Assembly: GCA_964421445.1 (NCBI GenBank)
Contig: CAYQXL010000002.1
Coordinates: forward strand, 13,602-77,601
Direction: 5' to 3'
Length of the DNA stretch: 64,000 nucleotides
Origin: an uncultured Pseudomonadota bacterium
GTDB taxonomy: Bacteria > Desulfobacterota > Syntrophorhabdia > Syntrophorhabdales > CAYQXL01
The notes under the pieces were generated by a model. The model saw only the letters and a program-made list of their open reading frames with translations, had not been told where the DNA came from and did no database searches. Positions 54,753 to 63,493 of the stretch are shown piece by piece (positions within the stretch are counted from its first letter, which is position 1; each line of letters starts with the position of its first letter). Both the position numbers and the translations under genes were made by a program.

Positions 54753-55736
54753 GTGAAAGAAGACAGGGTGATCACGACGGAGAAGAAGAAGCCCGGCGTT
54801 CGAAACTTTCTGGATATTGCGATTATCGTGGCGGGTTTTTTTGCTGTTCTTCCTGTTCTCGGGCTTAACAGAACAACGGATTTTATCATTTTTTCGATTT
54901 ACGTCCTCGGTTTCAACCTTCTTTATGGTTTCATGGGGAGACTCTCCTTCGGCCATATGCTCTACCTGGGCACAGGAGCATATGCCGTCACCCTCTTCAG
55001 TGAGCATATCTCACATAACCCTTTTCTCGCTGTTCTTGCGGGGATCGGTGCAGGTGCGCTCATCGGGGTGATTTTAGGGCCCATTATCGTCAGAACATCA
55101 GGAGCATGTTTCGCGCTCATCAATCTTGCTTTCAATCAGATAGGTTCCTTCCTCGTGATCGTTGCCTTCTCCAAACTGACAGGAGGAGAGGACGGGATGT
55201 CGGCACATTTCTCAAAACTCGCTTTTTTTGATTTTGGAAAAAAACCGGTCATATTCGGCTTTGTTCTTCTCTGTCTTTTGTTGACGTACTACCTGTTGAA
55301 GCGTTTCATAGCCTCACCCTATGGTGTTCTGATCAAGTCAATCAAGGAGAATGAAACGCGCGTTCAGTTCCTTGGCTACAACACATTCTATTTCAAATGG
55401 GTGACGTTCATTATCTCGACAGCCATTGCGGCTTTTGCAGGGGCTCTCTCGATTCTCAACTACGGATACGTCACGCCGAGCTTCATCGACCCCGGCAGGG
55501 CGGTCGAAGTAATCTTTGCCACTCTGATCGGAGGGGCCGGAAGCCTTTATGGATCGATCATAGGCGGTGTCCTCTATATGGTGGTCAGCAACTATCTTGC
55601 ATCGTACATATCGAGGTGGGAGATGTTTCTCGGATTTGCCCTGCTTATCGTCGTGTTTCGTTTCAGGTCCGGGGTCTGGGGCTACCTTTCCGGAAGATTA
55701 GGCAAAAATCTCGCTCCAGAGAAAGCGGAGGGATAA
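54753..55736 (+). CDS. livM: branched-chain-amino-acid-type ABC permease (LivM type)
   Basis: 327 aa with a GTG start behind AGGAGGAG. Polytopic, with GRLSFGHMLYLGTGAY typical of LivM. Confidence 0.9.
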   Translation: MKEDRVITTEKKKPGVRNFLDIAIIVAGFFAVLPVLGLNRTTDFIIFSIYVLGFNLLYGFMGRLSFGHMLYLGTGAYAVTLFSEHISHNPFLAVLAGIGAGALIGVILGPIIVRTSGACFALINLAFNQIGSFLVIVAFSKLTGGEDGMSAHFSKLAFFDFGKKPVIFGFVLLCLLLTYYLLKRFIASPYGVLIKSIKENETRVQFLGYNTFYFKWVTFIISTAIAAFAGALSILNYGYVTPSFIDPGRAVEVIFATLIGGAGSLYGSIIGGVLYMVVSNYLASYISRWEMFLGFALLIVVFRFRSGVWGYLSGRLGKNLAPEKAEG

Positions 55737-55738
55737 CC

Positions 55739-56572
55739 ATGTTAAGTACTATCGCATACGGCTTGACCATAGGCGCCATCCTCTACATCATTAGTATCGG
55801 TCTTTCCCTCACGTTCGGCACGATGCGAATTGTGAATTTCGCTCACGGCCTCATTTACACTATCGGGGCATATCTCCTCGCAACGACATTGCCGTTGGCG
55901 AGGGATAACTTTCTCGTCAGTGCCCTTATCGCCGTCGCTGTTGTTGTTCCGCTCAGTTACGTGATCGAACGGTTCATTGTCCGAAAACTCTATGGAGTGT
56001 CGATAGACTATGCAATTATTGCCACCTATGCCGTTGTTCTGATCGGCGTGGATCTCATCAAGTGGATTTGGGGTGCTTCACCAATACCTCTTTCCGACCC
56101 GGTGGGTGTCGATATTTCCATAGGTACTCTTACAATGCCCCTCTACCGGCTCATCATTATAGGCCTGGCCCTGGTTATCTTTGTCGCTCTCTCCCTTTTC
56201 TTTAAGAAGACGATGGTAGGAAAGATCGTTGTGGCGGCCCTTGAAGACAAAGACGGTGTGCGAAGCCTGGGAATCAACGTGGACAAGTATTTCTCGTACA
56301 TATTTGTGATAGGAAGCTGTCTCGCCGCTTTAGGCGGTGTTCTCTACGCACCCATTACGTCGGTGCACCCTTATATGGGCATGATGGTCCTCCTCATAAG
56401 TTTTGCTGTCGTTCTTGTGGGAGGACTGGGAAATATCAAGGGTACGTTTGTTTCTGCCTTTGTTCTCGGACTTGTTATGGCGATAACTGGCCGTTACTGG
56501 GGCCCTGCTGCTGAGACCATGGTTTTTGTCGTAATGGGAATCGTTCTTATCTTCAAGCCCATCGAGGCTTAG
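55739..56572 (+). CDS. livH: branched-chain-amino-acid-type ABC permease (LivH type)
   Basis: Internal ATG of track ORF 55397-56572, preceded by GCGGAGGG. MLSTIAYGLTIGAILYIISIGLSLTFG is the canonical LivH N-terminus. Confidence 0.9.
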   Translation: MLSTIAYGLTIGAILYIISIGLSLTFGTMRIVNFAHGLIYTIGAYLLATTLPLARDNFLVSALIAVAVVVPLSYVIERFIVRKLYGVSIDYAIIATYAVVLIGVDLIKWIWGASPIPLSDPVGVDISIGTLTMPLYRLIIIGLALVIFVALSLFFKKTMVGKIVVAALEDKDGVRSLGINVDKYFSYIFVIGSCLAALGGVLYAPITSVHPYMGMMVLLISFAVVLVGGLGNIKGTFVSAFVLGLVMAITGRYWGPAAETMVFVVMGIVLIFKPIEA

Positions 56573-56589
56573 CAACGAAAGGAGGGTGG

Positions 56590-57918
56590 ATGGCTGAATT
56601 CACCGGAGCTGCGGCAGCGAAAGAGATCTATTATGCAGGATTGAAAGCTGTTGATCCCTATCGATGTGTTGCCGCATGGACCGATACGATTAAAGGATAT
56701 CTCCGGGCGAAAAGGACACCACCATGTGAACGCGTGGTCTCCGTGGCTTTCGGAAAGGCCGCGTATTCCATGACTGCTGCTGTAGCAGATTCTCTGAAGA
56801 ACATTGCCCTGTCAGGCATTGTCCTGACGAAGTACGGCTATTCCGGTCACCATGGCCTGCCTGATAGTATAGACGTTTATGAGGGAGGCCACCCCGTTCC
56901 TGACAAAAACGGGATGGAAGCGACAAAGCGCATTCTGGAAATTCTCGCAGATGCCGACGATAGAACCCTCGTTGTCTGCCTTATCTCCGGCGGTGCTTCG
57001 GCGCTCCTCGTAGCGCCGTTGAATGATATTTCCCTTTCCGACAAGCAGGGCGTTACGGAACTCCTCTTGAAGTCCGGTGCATCGATACAGGAAATCAATA
57101 CAGTGAGGAAGCACATATCTGCTGCAAAAGGGGGGCGTCTTGCTGAGATAGCCCATCCTGCGAGACTTATCTCCTTTGTGCTCTCCGACGTGATCGGCGA
57201 CAGGCTCGATGTGATCGGTTCAGGGCCGACTGTTCCTGATGAGAGCCTTTACAGTGATGCCGTCGAGGTGCTCGATAAATATGATCTCCTGAAAAAGATT
57301 CCTCCCTCTGTTGCCAAAGTCCTGAAGGAAGGGCTGGCAGGCAGACTCCCTGAAACGCCGAAACCAGAGAGTTCTCTCTTTCAAAGATCGGAGACGATCA
57401 TTGTGGGGAACAATGGGAAAGCTACGTCAGCAGCGAGGATGAGGGCCGCTGAACTGGGCTATGAAGCGACGGTCACGTCATCGGCGGTTGAAGGGGAGGC
57501 GGTAGCAGTGGGATTGGATCTTGCCCGAAGGGCGCTGAGTTTGAAAAGGGTCGCTCAGTTTGGCCGAAAGCGGCTCTGTTTCATCTCGGGGGGGGAGACA
57601 ACCGTTACCGTCAGAGGGGATGGCAAGGGGGGAAGGAATACGGAACTGGCCCTTGCATTTGCCATAGAAGTTGCCGGTGTTGAGGGTATTACGCTTCTGT
57701 CGGCAGGAACGGATGGCACTGACGGACCTACTGATGCCGCAGGTGCCGTGGTGGACGGAAAAACCCTTACGGGCCCGACAAATTGGGGTGTCGATCCGGT
57801 GAAATACCTGAAGAACAATGATTCATATACATTTTTCAAGGCTGTTGGAGGGCTTTTCATGACCGGACCGACGGGAACGAATGTCATGGATCTCCAGGTT
57901 CTCCTTATAGAGCCGTAA
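56590..57918 (+). CDS. MOFRL/DUF4147 family glycerate 2-kinase / hydroxypyruvate reductase-like protein
   Basis: 442 aa. VVSVAFGKAA, LISGGASALL and FISGGETTVTVRGDGKGGRN motifs of the TtuD/GckA family. SD AAAGGAGGG. Confidence 0.83.
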   Translation: MAEFTGAAAAKEIYYAGLKAVDPYRCVAAWTDTIKGYLRAKRTPPCERVVSVAFGKAAYSMTAAVADSLKNIALSGIVLTKYGYSGHHGLPDSIDVYEGGHPVPDKNGMEATKRILEILADADDRTLVVCLISGGASALLVAPLNDISLSDKQGVTELLLKSGASIQEINTVRKHISAAKGGRLAEIAHPARLISFVLSDVIGDRLDVIGSGPTVPDESLYSDAVEVLDKYDLLKKIPPSVAKVLKEGLAGRLPETPKPESSLFQRSETIIVGNNGKATSAARMRAAELGYEATVTSSAVEGEAVAVGLDLARRALSLKRVAQFGRKRLCFISGGETTVTVRGDGKGGRNTELALAFAIEVAGVEGITLLSAGTDGTDGPTDAAGAVVDGKTLTGPTNWGVDPVKYLKNNDSYTFFKAVGGLFMTGPTGTNVMDLQVLLIEP

Positions 57919-58311
57919 AGGCAAGATTCGTTTTCCCGGAAAAGATAAGACCGACTCTCTTCTCAACATCCTTGCTGGTCACATCGCCCCGACCGGGAAA
58001 CCGGACGAAACCAGTTCCTCTTTCCCGCCTGATGAGACGGGCCATTCTCGGTGTGATCAGCCCTTCAGAGTAGATTGTTGTAAGCATCCTTATTTTATAA
58101 ACGTGATCATATCTGCAATAGATTTCGGTGATGGCTCCGAATCGGGCGAACCACCGCGATACGTGGTAAACAGAGATGATTTCTGTTTATACCGTGCATA
58201 GAAGGAGCCGGTGGACGTCAAGTCCCCCGGGAAGGCAGAGACAGGATGATCCATGACCCGATCCGAAGAGGAAGGGGTAAAACGAATGAAACGATCCAGG
58301 TATGCCGTCTG

Positions 58312-59865
58312 TCAGGATTTCCAGGAGCAGCGGTAGAGATTGTGGAATATGCCAAGGGGGGATGGGCCGGGCGTGTTGAGGTTGGACGGTGCGAGAAATA
58401 TGCCGTCGGCATTGTAAAGAAAAATGACAGGGCGATCAGAGGAGATACGCCTGTGGACCTCTCTGTAGATGTGCCGTCTCTCCTGCTCGTTGATTGTCCT
58501 CCTTCCTTTTTCGAGAAGCAGATCGACATGGCGGTTGCGATAGGAGGTGATGTTCCAGTCTCCTTCACCAACCTTGCTCGAATGCCAGAGTTCATAGATG
58601 TCAGGATCCCAGAGATAAGCCCGTGATATAAGGACCGCTTCAAAATCACGGGACGTAATGATGCTGTGACGGAACGTCTGCCATTCGACCTGTCTGATCG
58701 TTACCGTGATGCCCACGTTTTTCAGACTGGCCTGAATAATCTGAGCTGCCTGAAGATTTTCTGTCTGTTCGGCGTTTATCGTGACCGTGAAAGAAAAAGG
58801 CCGGCCATTTTTCTGAAGGATGGCAGAGGGGCCTTTAGTCCAGCCTGCTTCGGCGAGAAGGTCCGTTGCCTCCCTGATGTCGTACCGGTCGCTTCTTATC
58901 CGATCGTCTGCATAGGGGGAAACGGGTGGATAGGGTCCTGTTGACGGATGTCCGTAGGTCGCGAAAACAGCCTCAATCAGGGCTGCCCTGTCTATGGCGT
59001 GACTGATGGCTTTCCGGACCCGTGAATCGCGAAACCTCTCGTCGGCAAGATTGAAAGCAAGGGAACCATAGCGCATCGACGGAGCAATCAGTATCTGTAT
59101 GTCCTGTCCCTCGGATAACCGGGTTGGAAGGGAGCCGAGCTGAGCCGGGGCTGTCTCGGTCAGGTCGACGATCCTCTTTCTGAATGCGAAGAGCCGTGCC
59201 GACGGATCAGGTATGACGGTGAGAATGATCGTTTCCATCGGCGGCTGTCCACCGAAATAGGCGGGGTTGGCTTTAAGAATGATCTTTTCACCTCCCTTCC
59301 ATTCTTTTAGTATATAGGGGCCTGTTCCCACGGGTTTGCGGTCGAAGGAGGGATCTGTAACGTTTTGGTGCCGGAAATGATGTTCAGGGAGAATGCCCAT
59401 AGTCCACGATGTGAGGAGGGACCCGTAGGGTTCCGAATATTTTATCCGGACCGTATAGGGGTCAGGTGCGTCGATCGACAGGATCTTTTCGAACTGAGAC
59501 TTCAGCGGTGAAGGGATGTCAGGGGAAAGGAGTTTCTCCACCGTAAAGAGAACGTCCTTTGCTGTGAAAGGGGTCCCGTCATGCCATCGGACGTTTTGCC
59601 GGAGATGGAAGGTAACCTGCCTGCCTCCGTGGGCGATCTTCCAGGACGAGGCCAGATCCCCTTTGATCGTCAGATCGTCGTCGAGACGGGTCAAACCGGG
59701 GAAGATCAGTCCGCTGACGATGAATGATGTCAAATCTGAAAGAAAGAGGGGGTTGAGGCGGTTCGGCTCAGAAGGGAGGGCCACGATGAGTGTTTTGGAG
59801 GTTCGTCCAGGCGTCTCCCTGGCACACGACAGGGCCAGTGCGAAAAGCACGAGAACTGCGAACAC
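58312..59865 (-). CDS. family-5 ABC substrate-binding protein (NikA/DppA/OppA type), lipoprotein
   Basis: 517 aa. Signal with LALSC lipobox, and the LVALPSEPNRLNP...SWKI...TFHLRQNVRWHDG pattern of SBP_bac_5. The only in-frame start is GTG 59865, which gives a very short n-region. Confidence 0.87.
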   Translation of the reverse strand: MFAVLVLFALALSCARETPGRTSKTLIVALPSEPNRLNPLFLSDLTSFIVSGLIFPGLTRLDDDLTIKGDLASSWKIAHGGRQVTFHLRQNVRWHDGTPFTAKDVLFTVEKLLSPDIPSPLKSQFEKILSIDAPDPYTVRIKYSEPYGSLLTSWTMGILPEHHFRHQNVTDPSFDRKPVGTGPYILKEWKGGEKIILKANPAYFGGQPPMETIILTVIPDPSARLFAFRKRIVDLTETAPAQLGSLPTRLSEGQDIQILIAPSMRYGSLAFNLADERFRDSRVRKAISHAIDRAALIEAVFATYGHPSTGPYPPVSPYADDRIRSDRYDIREATDLLAEAGWTKGPSAILQKNGRPFSFTVTINAEQTENLQAAQIIQASLKNVGITVTIRQVEWQTFRHSIITSRDFEAVLISRAYLWDPDIYELWHSSKVGEGDWNITSYRNRHVDLLLEKGRRTINEQERRHIYREVHRRISSDRPVIFLYNADGIFLAPSNLNTPGPSPLGIFHNLYRCSWKS

Positions 59866-59909
59866 CCCTGCAAGGAGGGGGTACAGGATTTTCTGCCTGG
59901 CCGGATCTC

Positions 59910-62045
59910 TCAGAAGGCCGCCTTTATGCCGATACCAAAATTGGTTCCTGCAGCCTGGTAGCCGAAACGCTCCTGGTATTGAGCGTTGAGAATGTTGTAC
60001 ACGTAGCCTGTCAGATCGATTTTCTTTGCCACCGGATAGGACGCCTCGATGTCGAAGGTAGCCCAGCCTTTCTGCGTCCTGACGAAGAGGTTGTCGTCGT
60101 AAAGTATATTGTTGTTATATATCACCTTTTGGTCGGAGACTGCGGTCATGTAAAGGGTGATCTTTTCCCGGCGGGGGCCTTTGTACTGAAGCCCGACGTT
60201 CACCTTGTGTTCAGGGAGGCCCGGAATCTCATTGAAATCCCTGTCTGCCGGGTTGACGAACCGGGCGACAAAGGGGTCGCCGTCGGTTTTGCTCTTCTGA
60301 AAAGTGTAATTGGCGAAGAGAGAAAATGAATCGGAGAGTTGCTGGCTGATCCCGAATTCGCATCCGTAGATCCGGGCCCGGTTGATGTTATACGACACGA
60401 AGTTGATCAGGTCGAACTGGATATAATTCTTGATGTCATAATAGTAAGGGGAGACTTCGATCTTTGTCTGTGTCGGGAAGATCTGTTTCCAACCTCCCTG
60501 GATGATGAGACCATCCTCTTTCTTGAAGGGCAGATTGCCTGTGTAGACACCTGCGTCAGGAGAATAATGCCAGTAGTACTCAGGAAGGGTGGGGACCCTC
60601 AGGGCCCGTGCGATGCTGGCATAGACGAGGCTGTTCTCTCTCGGGGCATAGGTTATCTTCAGGGACGGTGCGATACCGCTGAACGAATCGGAGGGAATGC
60701 CCTCGGCCCGGCCTGCTGATCCTGGTTTTCCCTCGAATGACGTGTACCTCAGGCCGGGGGTGAGGGTCACGGTTTTGTTGACAAAAGAGATATCATCAAT
60801 CAGATAGACTCCGGTGTTTGCAGAATGGACGTAGTTGCCGTTTCGGAACGAGGGGCGATAGTCTCCTGACAGATTCCTGTCTCCGTCATCCTTCAGAATA
60901 ATATATTCAATACCCGTCCTCAGCTTATGGCTGCCGAAGTCATATGTGAAATTGGAATCGGCACCATAGGAGCGATCATCGTAAAATTCTTTGTGAAAGA
61001 CCCGGTTGAGACTTGTCCTCGTATTGAATGCCTCCCTGTCCGCATGGTTTTGCCAGAACCGGACATCGAGGGTTCCCTTTTCAAGGGATTGTTCGTATCC
61101 GACGGTAATGTTGAATCTCTCCCGTTTCCACCAGCTTCCTGTTTCAGGATAGGCCCCCATGCCTCCATACATGAATTCACCGTCGGAGGCGGGATATCGC
61201 CGTATTTTCGGTAATTCATAGAAGGGTGAGTCGTAGTTTTTGCTCCACCGGTTGTTTACGATAAATCCTTTTCTCACATCAACGTACTGGATATCACCTC
61301 TGATCCTGCCGTCCCACGGCAGATCCAGGCCAAGGTGCAGATTCATGTTTTTGATAGTGAAATCGCCGTTGAGAAGATACCCGTTGCTCTCGGCATATCC
61401 TCCGCTTATGGAATACTCGAACTGGTTCGGCTTCCACCCATGAAAGAAGTCTGCCATCTTCGAGCCATAGCTCCCCATGGAAGCCTGAACCTGTGTATCG
61501 GGAAGTGTACCAGGTCTTTTGGTACGAAGGTCGATGACACCGCCCAGCGTATTACCGTAGCGAGGATCGGAGACACCTTTGATTATGTCGATCCGTTCGA
61601 CGTTCGACAGAGGGATCATCGTCCAGTCGACGAAGTAGCCTCCCGCTGTTCCTGGCGTGTTGAGGGGTCTTCCGTCGATGGCAACCTGAATCCGTCGGGC
61701 TCCGAACCCCCGGATTTTTATCGATTCATCGTCGAGGGCGCCACCGACCTCCTGCTGTCTCTGGACGTCTATGCCTGGCTGACGTTTTACTGCAGAATCG
61801 AGAGTCGTCCCGATACCCTGAAGGAGGGCAGAGGGAATGACCGAGGTCATATTGGGTGTCTCGGTGCTGTCTTTGAGCGGTGTGCCGGTGATCAGTATAT
61901 CGTCGAGATGGACTGTCTCAACCCCTGAAGGCGTCGCTGCATCCTGGCCCATTGCCGGGGCGGGAATCATGGTGATTAGAGTGAACAGAAAGAAAAAGGC
62001 GAAGCCGATACAGCTGATCTGCCGGGGGTTTGCTTCAGGCGTCAT
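59910..62045 (-). CDS. TonB-dependent outer-membrane receptor
   Basis: 711 aa. Signal peptide, TonB-box-like DDILITGTP, plug motifs (IKIRGFGARRIQVAIDG), and a beta-barrel ending in the terminal aromatic ...GIGIKAAF. SD GGAAGGA. Confidence 0.92.
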   Translation of the reverse strand: MTPEANPRQISCIGFAFFFLFTLITMIPAPAMGQDAATPSGVETVHLDDILITGTPLKDSTETPNMTSVIPSALLQGIGTTLDSAVKRQPGIDVQRQQEVGGALDDESIKIRGFGARRIQVAIDGRPLNTPGTAGGYFVDWTMIPLSNVERIDIIKGVSDPRYGNTLGGVIDLRTKRPGTLPDTQVQASMGSYGSKMADFFHGWKPNQFEYSISGGYAESNGYLLNGDFTIKNMNLHLGLDLPWDGRIRGDIQYVDVRKGFIVNNRWSKNYDSPFYELPKIRRYPASDGEFMYGGMGAYPETGSWWKRERFNITVGYEQSLEKGTLDVRFWQNHADREAFNTRTSLNRVFHKEFYDDRSYGADSNFTYDFGSHKLRTGIEYIILKDDGDRNLSGDYRPSFRNGNYVHSANTGVYLIDDISFVNKTVTLTPGLRYTSFEGKPGSAGRAEGIPSDSFSGIAPSLKITYAPRENSLVYASIARALRVPTLPEYYWHYSPDAGVYTGNLPFKKEDGLIIQGGWKQIFPTQTKIEVSPYYYDIKNYIQFDLINFVSYNINRARIYGCEFGISQQLSDSFSLFANYTFQKSKTDGDPFVARFVNPADRDFNEIPGLPEHKVNVGLQYKGPRREKITLYMTAVSDQKVIYNNNILYDDNLFVRTQKGWATFDIEASYPVAKKIDLTGYVYNILNAQYQERFGYQAAGTNFGIGIKAAF

Positions 62046-62766
62046 TATCCTTCCTCTTCATAATATACATGTGGACGGTTGCCCTGTCGTGAAGCCAGAG
62101 ATGGCCGTCAGTCTCTGTGAGGCGGTCGAGAAAGCATTGCCGGTCCTCCGGGACTCCCGAACGGAGGCGAAAATGGTGATGGTCAGAGGCTTCGTCAAGG
62201 CTGTGGTATGCCCATGAACTTCGTGTTGTGTAGGAAAGATGTGACGTCAGGTAATATCCGAAAGAACGGGAAAAGGGTGCAAGATTTTCCTCTGGCCACT
62301 CAGTGACAAGAACAGTGGTCTTCGGCCGGAATGCGAAAATTCTGCCCAGGGAGGGATAGAATCCGTCAGGGAGAAGGTGAAGGACATTGGACGCTATGAT
62401 CCGGTCAAAATGACCGAGCATTCTGTTGGTGAGTTCCTGGAAGGATCTGTGGTCGACGGTGATGTCTGTTGCCGGCAGATGGCATGATCGGTTCTTGAAG
62501 AGCGTTCTCATGGCGCTGCAGGGCTCGAGAAGTGTTACCGAGGCGCCCCGTTGGGCGAGAGGGAGGGCAAGAACGCCGGCACCGCCGCCGATGTCGATTA
62601 TCCGCTCGCCAGGTTCGACGACAGACGAAAGAAGACTCAGGATAGGAGAGTGATACTGGTTGTGGTCAAGCCAAAGTTCATACCATCGTGCGTTTTCTTC
62701 CCAGTACGGGACCGATGATGCCCATGATGCGCTTCTGTTCATCGTGGCTGACGGAGGATGGTTCAT
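62035..62766 (-). CDS. class I SAM-dependent methyltransferase
   Basis: The ATG at 62766 is preceded by GGAG. SAM motif I is IIDIGGGAGVLALPLAQRG. Its stop overlaps the receptor start region by 11 nt. Confidence 0.78.
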   Translation of the reverse strand: MNHPPSATMNRSASWASSVPYWEENARWYELWLDHNQYHSPILSLLSSVVEPGERIIDIGGGAGVLALPLAQRGASVTLLEPCSAMRTLFKNRSCHLPATDITVDHRSFQELTNRMLGHFDRIIASNVLHLLPDGFYPSLGRIFAFRPKTTVLVTEWPEENLAPFSRSFGYYLTSHLSYTTRSSWAYHSLDEASDHHHFRLRSGVPEDRQCFLDRLTETDGHLWLHDRATVHMYIMKRKDNDA

Positions 62767-62836
62767 CGCTGATCTCCATGCGCTGGTAACACGAAAGATA
62801 GATAAGTAGCACGGCAACGGAAAAAAATATACTTTC

Positions 62837-63253
62837 TCATGTCAGATCCCTGCCTGTGCTCGACATGCTCAATGAACCGTGCTTAACGCCCTTCAGGGCC
62901 TTCAGGGTGTCGGCAAGCGTTCTCACATCGTTCGAACTTCCCTTGACCGCAATGATTTCGAGGCAATTGTGATGATCGAGATGAATATGCTGGGTTGACA
63001 CGATGATACGCTGAAAATCATGCTGTGTATCCATGATCTTTGTGAGGAGTTCCCTCTTGTGGTGGTCATACATGAGCATGATGGCACCGGCGATCTCTTT
63101 GTTTTCCTTCCATTCTTCCGTCACGAGCTGTTGGCGAATGAGGTCACGTATGGCCTCGGACCGGTTTGTATACCGTCTGTTCCTGATAAGAACGTCGAAT
63201 TTATCAAGAAGGTCCCGATCAAGTGAAACGCCAAATCGAACGATGTCATTCAT
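62837..63253 (-). CDS. nikR: nickel-responsive regulator NikR
   Basis: 138 aa. Ribbon-helix-helix N-terminus (VRFGVSLDRDLLDKFD...YTNRSEAIRDLIR) and a C-terminal ACT-like domain with the Ni-site pattern HIHLDHHNC (HxH-x5-C). Confidence 0.92.
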   Translation of the reverse strand: MNDIVRFGVSLDRDLLDKFDVLIRNRRYTNRSEAIRDLIRQQLVTEEWKENKEIAGAIMLMYDHHKRELLTKIMDTQHDFQRIIVSTQHIHLDHHNCLEIIAVKGSSNDVRTLADTLKALKGVKHGSLSMSSTGRDLT

Positions 63254-63282
63254 AGGTTGTCTGTGATGTTACGATATGGTGA

Positions 63283-63311
63283 ATTGTAGCACTGTCTTCA
63301 GGGTCTGTCAA
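63283..63311 (-). promoter_or_regulatory. candidate sigma70 promoter of the nikR operon
   Basis: On the minus strand: TTGACA (63311-06), 17-nt spacer, TACAAT (63288-83), about 30 nt upstream of the nikR ATG. Confidence 0.55.
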
Positions 63312-63493
63312 AATGTTTTTGCCGTCTGCCTTTGCTTTTTGTCTGGCCCGGCCTCAAGCGTTGTCCCTGCAGAAAAAGGGTGGTATCCGTGGTGATCTTT
63401 TTTCGTCTATCTGATAGAATCAGAAGATCTTATGGTGGGGCCAATAAATGGGGTGTCCGTTACATGAGAATCTGAGGATGGTGAAAAAAAGGT

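Noticed and set aside
55397-55738. N-terminal 114-aa extension of track ORF 55397-56572, overlapping livM in another frame.
   Set aside because: The extension is Arg/Gly-rich nonsense. A canonical LivH N-terminus begins at ATG 55739, directly behind a GCGGAGGG SD and 2 nt after the livM stop.
57905-58087. 60-aa minus-strand ORF (MLTTIYSEGLITPRMARLIRRERG...) as a possible toxin/antitoxin or small regulator.
   Set aside because: It has no usable SD spacing, overlaps the convergent kinase gene end, lacks a partner ORF, and shows no recognisable fold signature. I kept it only as part of the unexplained-gap finding.
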